Virus genome (UHGV): UHGV-0195737
Length of the DNA stretch: 58,116 nucleotides
Reading direction: 5' to 3' (one strand)
Source: a virus
A program made the position numbers and the translations under genes. A model generated the notes under the pieces. That model was not told where the DNA came from. It ran no database searches and saw nothing but the letters and a program-made list of their open reading frames with translations. This document shows positions 18,594 to 27,368 of this stretch, in pieces (position 1 is the stretch's first letter; every line of letters begins with the position of its first letter).

Positions 18594-18818
18594 ATGAAAC
18601 GTTATGATGGTATCTATGAAAAAATTGGTGGCTTCCACAAAGGCGAACAATTTAAAATCATCGACGGCGAAGTGTACGCCGGGAGAAACAATAACAAGGA
18701 ATGGGAGCACATTGATCACCCAGCACAAAAGGAAGCCTGGTTGAGATTAGTTAAAGGGTTTCAAGTCGGCAATAGAATCATTAAAGACAAAAACATTGTA
18801 AAAATTGCTGATATTTAA
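18594..18818 (+). CDS. Hypothetical protein (moron cassette d)
   Basis: 74-aa ORF with SD GTGGGGG. Confidence 0.45.
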   Translation: MKRYDGIYEKIGGFHKGEQFKIIDGEVYAGRNNNKEWEHIDHPAQKEAWLRLVKGFQVGNRIIKDKNIVKIADI

Positions 18819-18829
18819 CGGGGTGTTTT

Positions 18830-19183
18830 ATGAAACGGTTAGCGAAAGTAGTAATGATGGTGGCGCTGGTTGGTTTTGCATTTAACGCCCACGCCGACGA
18901 TAAAATGGATAAGGCTATTTATGAATGCGCTCACGCCGCGCACCTGTACGACATAAGACACGGTGACGGTACGGGGTATAAAGAAATTATTTTTGACATG
19001 GCGTGTAAACAAAAAGCCTTAATACCATTTCTTGACAAGGAAATAGTTAAAGCAAGAAAAATACACGAAAAATACGAAGCATTGAAAGCGGAAAATAAAG
19101 ATCCCGAAGTCGCGGAAGTGTTCAGACATGGAGAAATAAAGGGGCACGCAATCCATAACAGAATCAACGCTGGCGCGGCCTAA
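18830..19183 (+). CDS. Secreted/periplasmic protein of unknown function
   Basis: 117 aa; signal peptide ending AFNAHA-DD; conserved Cys pair. Confidence 0.5.
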   Translation: MKRLAKVVMMVALVGFAFNAHADDKMDKAIYECAHAAHLYDIRHGDGTGYKEIIFDMACKQKALIPFLDKEIVKARKIHEKYEALKAENKDPEVAEVFRHGEIKGHAIHNRINAGAA

Positions 19184-19193
19184 TAAACAAAAC

Positions 19194-19216
19194 GCCCGGA
19201 TCTACCGGGCTTTTTT
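19194..19216 (+). terminator. Bidirectional rho-independent terminator
   Basis: GCCCGGA-TCTA-CCGGGC followed by TTTTTT; T-tract on the other strand too. Confidence 0.6.
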
Positions 19217-19879
19217 CTGCCTGCGATTTTTCATTCTTTCCAGTGCCTTTCTAGCGGCCTCCATTCGCTCGTCATAAACCTGTTTATTTATCTGAACGTT
19301 TGGTTTAGCTTTCTCGTTTTTCGCGTCTGGCGGCATTTTAGCGCGTACAGCGGCCCTATATCCGGTCATGGTCATGGCCCATGCTTCCGATTCAGATAAT
19401 CCCAGGTGAGCAACGGCAGAATAAACGAATTCCAGCACGTTAAAGGCTGGCTTATATTCCCCTTCCGGGATCTCTCCGGCGTCTTCTTCCGGCCCGTCAC
19501 CGATTAGACCGTGGTACATGCAATGCTGTGCCAGCGTGATAATATCTTCGGTTGGCATTAATCCGGGTTTCTGTCGTAGCTTGCCCGCAGGAGTAAATCG
19601 ACATTCGCCCACCAGGTCTGTTATATCGTCGTCAGAGCAACATTTCAGGATATGGATGGACGATTGCACTATCTCACCATAACACCGCGCCAGAATGCGA
19701 TTACGGAGGTCTGGATCGTTAGGCAGGCGGGAGGGATACTTGCTACCGTGAATGGTTGCGAATAACTGGACAAGCTCACGATCGCCGCCAATTTTCGCCA
19801 TTGCAGCGAAGCAGGGGTTAAACACGTAGCGTTTATTATCCACCACCGCCGCAAATTGTCCGGTACGAACATGAATCAT
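19202..19879 (-). CDS. Putative tail assembly chaperone
   Basis: Position between major tail gene and tape measure; start set at ATG with SD GGTGA; no frameshift partner seen. Confidence 0.4.
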   Translation of the reverse strand: MIHVRTGQFAAVVDNKRYVFNPCFAAMAKIGGDRELVQLFATIHGSKYPSRLPNDPDLRNRILARCYGEIVQSSIHILKCCSDDDITDLVGECRFTPAGKLRQKPGLMPTEDIITLAQHCMYHGLIGDGPEEDAGEIPEGEYKPAFNVLEFVYSAVAHLGLSESEAWAMTMTGYRAAVRAKMPPDAKNEKAKPNVQINKQVYDERMEAARKALERMKNRRQKKAR

Positions 19880-19890
19880 AATTATCACCC

Positions 19891-19915
19891 TAAAAGAAAG
19901 GGGCCGGATGGCCCC
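19891..19915 (-). terminator. Terminator/attenuator after major tail gene
   Basis: GGGGCC-GGAT-GGCCCC stem followed by TTTCTTTTA on minus strand. Confidence 0.55.
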
Positions 19916-19923
19916 ATCAAATG

Positions 19924-20436
19924 TTATTCGGTTTGCTGTTCTTCTTCTGTTCCGGCGTCTTCTTCTACCGGAAGATCATCAACGCCTACTTGTCCGGCGC
20001 TTGAACATTCAATAGACCAGGTAGAAACATCATCGTGAGGATTTTCCTCTTCAAAGCTGGTGCAAAGAAATGGGCCTTCGGTCACATCAAGCGGGGAAAC
20101 AATTTTCAACCACACATACGGCTGATTACCAGTGGCCTCGCCTGGCGTCATTACGTGACGTTTTAGTGCCTTCTGGTTATGGATTTCTTCGGTACGGGAT
20201 ACGCCATCACCGGAGAAGGTAACAGATTTGTAAGTTACCATTGATTCCTTTGTGTAATCTGCTGATTTATCAGCGGTGGCGTCGGCAGTTTCCCATTCAA
20301 CGGAAAGCGTTTTACCGCGCATCATGCCTAATGCCTGGTATTCCTCATCGGCTGGCTTCGCATTCGGGCAAGCAATAGCGAAGAATACCGCGACGTCGCG
20401 GCCTGTAAATGTGCCTTTTTCGCAAGTTTGAGACAT
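19924..20436 (-). CDS. Putative major tail tube protein
   Basis: 170 aa with acidic C-terminal tail; strong SD AGAGG; followed by terminator, position upstream of chaperone. Confidence 0.5.
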   Translation of the reverse strand: MSQTCEKGTFTGRDVAVFFAIACPNAKPADEEYQALGMMRGKTLSVEWETADATADKSADYTKESMVTYKSVTFSGDGVSRTEEIHNQKALKRHVMTPGEATGNQPYVWLKIVSPLDVTEGPFLCTSFEEENPHDDVSTWSIECSSAGQVGVDDLPVEEDAGTEEEQQTE

Positions 20437-20449
20437 GTTATTTTACCTC

Positions 20450-20836
20450 TTATCTAGATATGATGGTCTGAAAAGCTACTGTGAAAATAAAGCGCCCTTC
20501 CCTTGTCTGCATCACCGGAATAGCGCCTGTTGGCTTCATGAGTGTAATTTTATCAGTTTTAAATTCACTTAACATACTTTGCCGGATGGCGTCCGCCAGG
20601 TCTTCCACTTCACTGATATTTGCGTCATTACGCGCAGAAATAACCAGTATGCGAAAATAGTCGCGGGTAATGGCTTCCTCTCCCGGTGCGCCGCCGTTCT
20701 GTTGGATTACGATGTATCTGTCATTATTCGAATTACTTCGCTCATTCCAGAAACGGGCCTGCAAAATATAGCCCTCATCGTATCCGTGGGATTGTATCCA
20801 ATCCCTTACATTGTCGTAGACTTCGCTGCGCTTCAT
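20450..20836 (-). CDS. Putative tail completion / tail terminator protein
   Basis: 128 aa; position in head-tail joining block. Confidence 0.4.
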   Translation of the reverse strand: MKRSEVYDNVRDWIQSHGYDEGYILQARFWNERSNSNNDRYIVIQQNGGAPGEEAITRDYFRILVISARNDANISEVEDLADAIRQSMLSEFKTDKITLMKPTGAIPVMQTREGRFIFTVAFQTIISR

Positions 20837-21297
20837 ACTTTGTAACCTTCTACAATCTCTTTATAAATATCATCAGCGTGGTTAGGATCTTCGAATGCCT
20901 TACGCAAAAATCCAGGCTCCGCGTTTGGGTCCCAATATTTATCCTTGCCAGTACCGCCGCCGAAACTAATTACCTGTTTCGGTCCGAAATCTGAAAGGTT
21001 ATTTGTTTTACCGAAATCTTCGCGCGGCTGGCCTTTTAATGTGCCCGGCATATCATGCACCCATTCGGCGTAGCGGGCCGTATACCCCAGGCGCAATTGC
21101 AAGCCTTCCGCCGTCTTGCCTATATATTGGAACTGGCTGTTGATTAAAAAACCCGTATCGACTGGCGTCATATTCGCAGCAAAGCCACCAGCCAGCATAC
21201 CGACACGCCATAAAACCTCATGCGTCTTCTTGTCGGTTATTTCCTTTAATTCCTGCTTCAATCGCTCCCTTACGCGCTTCACTCCCTTAATCGGCAT
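20833..21297 (-). CDS. Head-tail joining protein (HK97 gp10-like)
   Basis: 154 aa; resembles HK97 gp10 family by position and size. Confidence 0.5.
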   Translation of the reverse strand: MPIKGVKRVRERLKQELKEITDKKTHEVLWRVGMLAGGFAANMTPVDTGFLINSQFQYIGKTAEGLQLRLGYTARYAEWVHDMPGTLKGQPREDFGKTNNLSDFGPKQVISFGGGTGKDKYWDPNAEPGFLRKAFEDPNHADDIYKEIVEGYKV

Positions 21298-21299
21298 AA

Positions 21300-21674
21300 T
21301 TAACCCCCTGTCACAATTTTATAATCCGGTGTGTCGTTAAACATGCTCATGTCCCATTCAACAATTCCGGTAATAATATTGGCCCCAGCCGCCAGCGGAT
21401 CGAGAATATCAGTAGTGTCGCCAGTGGCAATCATCCAGCCTTTTTCCGGGCGCTGTACTGGCTGCATATTGTAAAGCAGTTCGGTAAACACGGTTATCGT
21501 ATTGCTAACCTCGTTGCCGTTTGAGTCAGTCGCTGTGCCGTCGGTGCGCTCCCATGCACAGTTAACCAGGTACGGCTCACCGTATACATCGGAGTTTGTC
21601 CAGTCGTCATGCGTCACGGGGTAAATGGTGGCTAATGCCTTGTAGCTGAATCGCGCGATCTTACTCATAACCAT
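21300..21674 (-). CDS. Putative head closure / head-tail connector protein
   Basis: Start set at first ATG (track start is TTG); position after capsid genes. Confidence 0.4.
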   Translation of the reverse strand: MVMSKIARFSYKALATIYPVTHDDWTNSDVYGEPYLVNCAWERTDGTATDSNGNEVSNTITVFTELLYNMQPVQRPEKGWMIATGDTTDILDPLAAGANIITGIVEWDMSMFNDTPDYKIVTGG

Positions 21675-21846
21675 AGCTCCACTTAACAATTTTTGGATGG
21701 GTTTTCGCCACGCGCGGGCAAAGAATTACCCACTGACCAGCATCATTGAGGTAGGCCGCCACCTGTCGCCCGGTGTCAGTCTTCACCCATACGCGGGTAA
21801 ACAGCTTCGGTAATACCGGATTCGGTAACGTTAGGTCATTCCACAT
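21661..21846 (-). CDS. Hypothetical small protein
   Basis: 61-aa ORF in head-tail block. Confidence 0.35.
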   Translation of the reverse strand: MWNDLTLPNPVLPKLFTRVWVKTDTGRQVAAYLNDAGQWVILCPRVAKTHPKIVKWSYGYE

Positions 21847-21848
21847 GG

Positions 21849-22235
21849 TTACATCCTCCCGCTTTTACCAATCCATAGTCCGGCGTGCGCGGTAGCTTCG
21901 GGATCTGCCGGGATTAGTTCGGCTGTGCAATTATGTTTGTCAATTGAGCGAAGCAACGAGCAAGCTGCCTTCCATTTTTTATTGAAATCAACGTAGCGGT
22001 AAGACTGGCTTGCGCCGTTCGGGCCTGTGTGTGAGGAAACGTATTTATTCGCCTGCGTGAGTCCTAACAGGCCAATCAGGTAAAGTTGGATCAATGTTGC
22101 AGTGGAGGCCGGATAATTGGCATCAAGGCATTCATTAACGCTGTTAGCCTGCTCCACCATCAAAGACAAGATAATGTCTGGCAGGTCAATACCCTGGCTT
22201 TCAAGATATTCCCGCGCCTGTTCTGTAGTGACCAT
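21849..22235 (-). CDS. Putative head-tail connector (gp6-like)
   Basis: Start set to ATG with SD GGAG; track start lies inside the upstream terminator hairpin. Confidence 0.45.
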   Translation of the reverse strand: MVTTEQAREYLESQGIDLPDIILSLMVEQANSVNECLDANYPASTATLIQLYLIGLLGLTQANKYVSSHTGPNGASQSYRYVDFNKKWKAACSLLRSIDKHNCTAELIPADPEATAHAGLWIGKSGRM

Positions 22236-22252
22236 TTTGTTTGCTCCACATA

Positions 22253-22281
22253 CAAAAAAAATCCCCGGCATCGCGCCGGGG
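22253..22281 (-). terminator. Terminator after major capsid gene
   Basis: CCCCGG-loop-CCGGGG stem followed by ATTTTTTTTG on minus strand. Confidence 0.55.
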
Positions 22282-22301
22282 AGTTACAGGAAACAGATAG
22301 A

Positions 22302-23351
22302 TTATTCGTGACCGTAAACGACACCGGAACGGCCCAGCATGTCGGAAGTGATTTGTAAACCTTCTGCTGACATGATGCGGAAGTTATAGTTGTCGGTCGG
22401 CATCATACGCGGCAGCGGTACTACACCAGTAGTCATACCGATCAGTGGGGTAACTACATCTTTACGGCGTTGATAGCCGAGAATTTCGTTGCCTTTCAGG
22501 GCGAAGGTCTGAGTAATTTCACCAACCGGGGCAAACGGTTTGATAATATCCAGAACACTACCAACGATAGCACCGTTAACGATGTGCGGACGTGCCAGGT
22601 TAGCCATGATTTCCGGGGATACCCACAGACGATCGTATTTAGCAACGAAGTTGTTGCGGGCCAGTACACCGAATTCACCAACGGTGAAGAAATCGATAAT
22701 CTCTTCAAAGCCTGCGGTAGTCAGGTCAATGGTCAAAGTAAGCTGTTGAGTGTTTTTGTGGTTTTTCAGGCCCATTGCTTTATGACCATCAACAACCATG
22801 CGTTCATTGCCGTTCAGATAAAAATCGACGCGTGCTTTGTTGAATTTTTTCAGTTTCAGGCGCTGGCTATCCAGTGCAAGGTCAATGCCTACGGTATTCA
22901 GGCCAGCGGCATGACGCCAGTTAACACCGTAACCCGCTGCGAACATCGGGATCGGGTCGCCATCGCTACCGTATTCGGTGTGGTCGAAGCCATGCGGAAC
23001 TTGACCGTCCATAGACATTACGACCTCATCGTTAATATCGCCAGCCACGCTGTACATTTTCAGCGTTTTACCGATAGGCAGTACGGTTTGTACAGCCATC
23101 AGGTCGTTGACGATCTCGATACCGATTTCTTCGGTGTTCAGTTCGATGATCTGGTTATCGATTTCTTTCCAGAATTCTTTCTCGAAGCCGCCGACGGCGT
23201 TACATGCCAACATTTCAGTGGTCATGTTTGCTTTGTTAGCTGCAATCATGGCGTTATGCTGAACGTTGAAGATATTACGTTGCGCCCACAGTTCAGCCCA
23301 ATGCGCTTGAAGGCGGCTATTAGCGGCTAAATTTTCTTTAGTAAAGTACAT
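22302..23351 (-). CDS. Major capsid protein
   Basis: 349 aa; follows decoration gene, followed by terminator; SD AAAGGGG. Confidence 0.75.
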   Translation of the reverse strand: MYFTKENLAANSRLQAHWAELWAQRNIFNVQHNAMIAANKANMTTEMLACNAVGGFEKEFWKEIDNQIIELNTEEIGIEIVNDLMAVQTVLPIGKTLKMYSVAGDINDEVVMSMDGQVPHGFDHTEYGSDGDPIPMFAAGYGVNWRHAAGLNTVGIDLALDSQRLKLKKFNKARVDFYLNGNERMVVDGHKAMGLKNHKNTQQLTLTIDLTTAGFEEIIDFFTVGEFGVLARNNFVAKYDRLWVSPEIMANLARPHIVNGAIVGSVLDIIKPFAPVGEITQTFALKGNEILGYQRRKDVVTPLIGMTTGVVPLPRMMPTDNYNFRIMSAEGLQITSDMLGRSGVVYGHE

Positions 23352-23368
23352 GTTTTTCCCCTTTTAAA

Positions 23369-23740
23369 TTAAGCAATGCGGACGCGGACGAAATCAACGT
23401 CTTCTAAGGTGACGTTTTCCTGGCAGAAAGCAACGGTTACTTCACCCAGCTTGATAGCCTGGTCTTTCACGTATTCACCAGCATCAAGGCGCATAGCGAA
23501 CTCGCGACCTTCTTCCACGTAATCAGCTACAACCGTTTCACCTGCTGCGATGGCGTCACCAATACCTTTTCCTTCATGGTATGCAGGGTTAACGATATAC
23601 AGGCGGCCCGTTGCGTCAGTAGCGTTTACGAACACACCATCAACCAGGGCAACCAGTTTTCCCGGCAATACTTCTTCGCCTGCTGCGTAGGTTTCGGTAA
23701 TGGATTTACCATCAATATTTACACGACGAAAACGAAACAT
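23369..23740 (-). CDS. Head decoration protein (D-like)
   Basis: 123 aa immediately upstream of capsid gene. Confidence 0.5.
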   Translation of the reverse strand: MFRFRRVNIDGKSITETYAAGEEVLPGKLVALVDGVFVNATDATGRLYIVNPAYHEGKGIGDAIAAGETVVADYVEEGREFAMRLDAGEYVKDQAIKLGEVTVAFCQENVTLEDVDFVRVRIA

Positions 23741-23756
23741 TGTGATCCCCTCTTAA

Positions 23757-25040
23757 TTAGAAATAAGTGTTAAAGTCTGGTACTTCGCCTTTTTTGCCTT
23801 CATCAGCGGCATTGGTTGCCAGCGGCGCGGCTTTGCCCAGGTTTTTAAACATTTCCTCTAACGCTTCACCACTCAAAGCGTTAGCAACAATTTCGCCGTG
23901 AACTTTTGCTACTGCGGCGCGTTTTTCTTCGACTTCTTTATTTGCGTTGGCTGCAATTTCTTCTTTAATTGCTTTCTGATTGGTCTGTAATTCTTCTACG
24001 CTTGCCTGTACTGGTTTTAATGCTTCTGCTACTGCATTAGCGATATTAGCGGCTAAACCTTCGTTAATTTCTTTTACCAGTTCGGCGCGTTCTTCTTTGG
24101 TCAAAGGCATGTCGAGATCCTCTTTTTTGTTGGCCTGGATTTTTTCTTTCAGGATGAATAAATCAGATAGGTGTTCAGCGAATTGAGTAAACCAGGATTT
24201 CGATTCCTCGTTAGTTTGCAGTTCGCCATCATTGAGAATTATTTTATCAGCCTGTTTTTCGTAGTTGTATCTTTCCGCACAGTTTTCATTGGTGGCGATT
24301 GTCACCTCTTTATCAGTGAAGTCCACCACGTATACGTAATCAGCATCAGGGAACATTTCCCGCGCGGCGGCGGTTAACTGTTTTTCAAGCGTGCGATAGC
24401 TGTTTTCTTTCATTGCCACTGCCATTAATGGTGTAGCTTGTTCAGTATTAACCATCAGGCCGACACCTTGTTCCGGCGATGCGGCTGGCGGCTCATGCAG
24501 TAAAATAGCGTCATGGTCGATCGACATGATTTTCACTACATGGTCAGCACCCTGGGCTTTCATTTCTTCGGTAGCTGGCATACGTTGACGATATACAGCA
24601 ACGGAGGACCAGATCGGATCTTTGCTTTCTCCTTTCTCCAGTGCTTCCAGTCGGGTTAATAATTCGCGGCCCTGTTCTGAATGGCTGGCGGTTTCTACGT
24701 CCACCCATTTTTCCACATAAACACGGTTGCCGCGTAATTCCACATTTCTATTCCACGCCCCACAAAAACCCGTGTTTAATCCTTCCGGGCTAAATGCGGA
24801 AACGAATTTACCATCAACGGTGGGATGGCCCAGCGGGGCAAGTGTTCCCTCCAGTGACTGATAGTTAGCGATAATTTCAGTTTCCGGGTAATACTCCCGA
24901 TTCATAACGATATTGAATGGCAACGTGTAGGACGGAACGACAATATGTTCGCGCCCGTTATACGTTTCCCGGCGAATGGTATTAGCGGTTAATTTGGTGT
25001 TAACCTGAATCAATTCTTTTTCCACGGTTATTACTCCCAA
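23757..25040 (-). CDS. Putative prohead scaffolding/protease protein
   Basis: 427 aa; C-terminal third is Ala/Glu/Lys-rich coiled coil typical of scaffolds; track start is TTG, a GTG with SD GGGAG lies 15 nt downstream. Confidence 0.45.
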   Translation of the reverse strand: MGVITVEKELIQVNTKLTANTIRRETYNGREHIVVPSYTLPFNIVMNREYYPETEIIANYQSLEGTLAPLGHPTVDGKFVSAFSPEGLNTGFCGAWNRNVELRGNRVYVEKWVDVETASHSEQGRELLTRLEALEKGESKDPIWSSVAVYRQRMPATEEMKAQGADHVVKIMSIDHDAILLHEPPAASPEQGVGLMVNTEQATPLMAVAMKENSYRTLEKQLTAAAREMFPDADYVYVVDFTDKEVTIATNENCAERYNYEKQADKIILNDGELQTNEESKSWFTQFAEHLSDLFILKEKIQANKKEDLDMPLTKEERAELVKEINEGLAANIANAVAEALKPVQASVEELQTNQKAIKEEIAANANKEVEEKRAAVAKVHGEIVANALSGEALEEMFKNLGKAAPLATNAADEGKKGEVPDFNTYF

Positions 25041-25978
25041 TCATTACCATATTTAGCGTGCGCTACCTTATAGTTTTCTTGCGCCCGTTCTAAAATTCGT
25101 TTGTTTAATATATTACCGTCTTCATCCACCAATACGGTAATCGTGCTGCATTTACAGTTAATTGAGTTAGGAGATCTGCTCCACCATTCGCGCTGCTCAT
25201 CTATGGTGTATGTCTTTCCGTGCCGCTGTGCGTGTGATAGCCTGGTTGTCGGTGATAATGCCGAGATATGCATTTGCTTAGTGCGGAGGTTGAATTCTTC
25301 CGTCGCCGCTTCAGCCTCATCCATACGCGCTGTGCGTAACGCTGTGCATATTTCCGTTCGGGCAATACGTTTGCACCTGTACAGGGGCAATTGCGTTTCC
25401 TGCTGCAATGTGCGCGCTATTTCTAGTGGATTTAAGCCACGGGCCATCCCTTCCGTTAGCCGTCGGGCCATATCCTTTTTGATCTGTGCGGTCAGCCCGC
25501 GCATTTCCTCAAATACACGTGTCCGGACCAGGGCAAGGCGTATGCGATAAGGTGTACTGGATAACACCGCCGACACTTCCGGGTAAGCCCTGGCGTATGT
25601 AACCGACTGGTTGGCAAGGTTGGCATATTCCTGTGCCGTGCCGCGCTGATAGGCGACCTTCACGTAATCCTGCCAAAACCAGAATGAATCAGGATCTGAC
25701 AGTTCGAATATCTCGTCAATCATTCGACCAGCATCATCCAGGAGATCATGCAGTTCATCCATGTAAATCTGGAATGAGTATTTCTTATTCACCGAAAGGC
25801 TGTGCGGTATCTTGTCCAGTATATCGACATAAGGTTGGGCCACCTTCTTTAAGCACGCCTTAAATCGCTTGTTAGCGCCCGACCGTAACTTACCTGTCAT
25901 GGTCGGGTCTTCGGTGTTATTTGGCATTATTGCGGACGGCGGAATCTTTTTGATTATTCTCTTTACCTTCATCTTCAT
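25031..25978 (-). CDS. Head morphogenesis protein (SPP1 gp7 / Mu F-like)
   Basis: 315 aa; position after portal, overlaps portal 3' end. Confidence 0.55.
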   Translation of the reverse strand: MKMKVKRIIKKIPPSAIMPNNTEDPTMTGKLRSGANKRFKACLKKVAQPYVDILDKIPHSLSVNKKYSFQIYMDELHDLLDDAGRMIDEIFELSDPDSFWFWQDYVKVAYQRGTAQEYANLANQSVTYARAYPEVSAVLSSTPYRIRLALVRTRVFEEMRGLTAQIKKDMARRLTEGMARGLNPLEIARTLQQETQLPLYRCKRIARTEICTALRTARMDEAEAATEEFNLRTKQMHISALSPTTRLSHAQRHGKTYTIDEQREWWSRSPNSINCKCSTITVLVDEDGNILNKRILERAQENYKVAHAKYGNDWE

Positions 25979-27290
25979 CGTCCTCGTCTTCCAGTTCTAC
26001 TTCCTGCGTCGGGCCTTCGTATCCGGCAGCTTCGCGGATTTCTTCACCGTCGAATATTTGCTCCCCGGTGGCTAAACATGCCTGGTTAATCTGTGCCATC
26101 TTATGTGCCGCTTCCAACATTTCGGCTTTCGTCATGGCGTTAAGATCATCCCATATCACTGATATATCGATCGGCATTGCAATCAGACGAAGATCAGCCA
26201 GCTTACGGAACAGAATTTCAATCTCCCCGCCGATTTCCTCGCGTCTGGTCATACAGCGGTTATTGAAGTAGCGGAGGTCTTCGGTTGATGCGCGTTCACC
26301 CTGTTGATTCCCAACAAGAATACGCGTTGGAATGTCAATCCCGGCGGCGGCGGTTTGCAGGTTGACGTCATAGGTTGCCGATGGATCGGCTACGGTAGTG
26401 ACCAGTGGGTTAACGGTAGCGCCTTGTAACGCCATCATCACGTCATTACCCCTGTTCATTTCAGCGGTGGCCTCGTTGAATTTCTCGCGTAGCTCTGTAA
26501 CATCGCAATCATACGTCGCGGCCAAGGAACGGAAATCAATTTCCTTATCGAATGAGATAGCCAGTTGGCGTGCTGCGTTTTTCAGGAAAGATTCACCGCT
26601 ACCGCCTTCCACTTTCTCCAGTGAAACAAAGGCGTTATAGGACGGCTCAAGGAATGCAATGGCGTCTTCGGAATAGTCACCGAAGATGAAAATACGGTCA
26701 GCGTGGATCTTCCGGTTTATGGTTTTCCCGTTGATACGCTCCTTGTACTCCCACCAGGTAGGCAGGCCATAGGTTTCGCTATCCGGGTTTTCATCGAAGT
26801 CTTTCGGTGTCAGTGCGCCCGCCCATACAGGTGAAAACTTCTCGATCGCCGTTCCCTTAGTCACTGGTTTTTCCCACGGCTGATTATCTTTGACGTGGAT
26901 TAACAGGCCAGCATAACGACCAATCAGGCGGCGGCGGTCGCATTCTGAGATAGTGCGCCAGAAACGATTGTCAAATTGCTTTTTAATTGCCCTTTCCCAT
27001 GCCGTTTCCTTTTCAGCACGCTCGTCTTCTGTACCCTCGATAATAACCGGGGGAGTGCGCCAGCAAGTACCTACTATCTTCTCGATGGCCCCGTGAGCGA
27101 TACCACCGCGACGATACAGCTTATATAAATCGCTGTAGGTAATTTCTTCTTTAAATCCGTATTCACTCCATGCTGCGTGGCGTTTTGCATCAATACCCAT
27201 TGAGAATGGATGTGCGGCAGCGTAGCGGGTCATTGCTGCGTGGCGTTGTTCCATTGCAGCATTAACCGCCAATTCTAAATTGGATGGCAT
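25917..27290 (-). CDS. Portal protein
   Basis: Position directly after terminase large subunit; start set to second ATG with SD AGGAG. Confidence 0.7.
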   Translation of the reverse strand: MPSNLELAVNAAMEQRHAAMTRYAAAHPFSMGIDAKRHAAWSEYGFKEEITYSDLYKLYRRGGIAHGAIEKIVGTCWRTPPVIIEGTEDERAEKETAWERAIKKQFDNRFWRTISECDRRRLIGRYAGLLIHVKDNQPWEKPVTKGTAIEKFSPVWAGALTPKDFDENPDSETYGLPTWWEYKERINGKTINRKIHADRIFIFGDYSEDAIAFLEPSYNAFVSLEKVEGGSGESFLKNAARQLAISFDKEIDFRSLAATYDCDVTELREKFNEATAEMNRGNDVMMALQGATVNPLVTTVADPSATYDVNLQTAAAGIDIPTRILVGNQQGERASTEDLRYFNNRCMTRREEIGGEIEILFRKLADLRLIAMPIDISVIWDDLNAMTKAEMLEAAHKMAQINQACLATGEQIFDGEEIREAAGYEGPTQEVELEDEDDEDEGKENNQKDSAVRNNAK

Positions 27291-27306
27291 AATGTTTACT
27301 CCTGAA

Positions 27307-27335
27307 TACATGTTTACGCGTTGCTACGCGAAAAA
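27307..27335. repeat. 29-bp conserved hairpin element, copy 2
   Basis: ACATGTTTACGCGTTGCTACGCGAAAAAT between terminase and portal genes. Confidence 0.5.
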
Positions 27336-27368
27336 TAGAAAAATTTGTGGGGGATTGTGAGGCAGATT

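Noticed and set aside
19202-20436. Programmed -1 frameshift (G/GT-type) in the tail chaperone region
   Set aside because: The 170-aa and 228-aa genes are separated by a terminator hairpin and do not overlap; no slippery site with a downstream open frame was found.
22470-23330. 286-aa plus-strand ORF antisense to the major capsid gene
   Set aside because: Lies entirely inside a well-supported minus-strand gene, has no SD and odd composition; judged a chance antisense frame.
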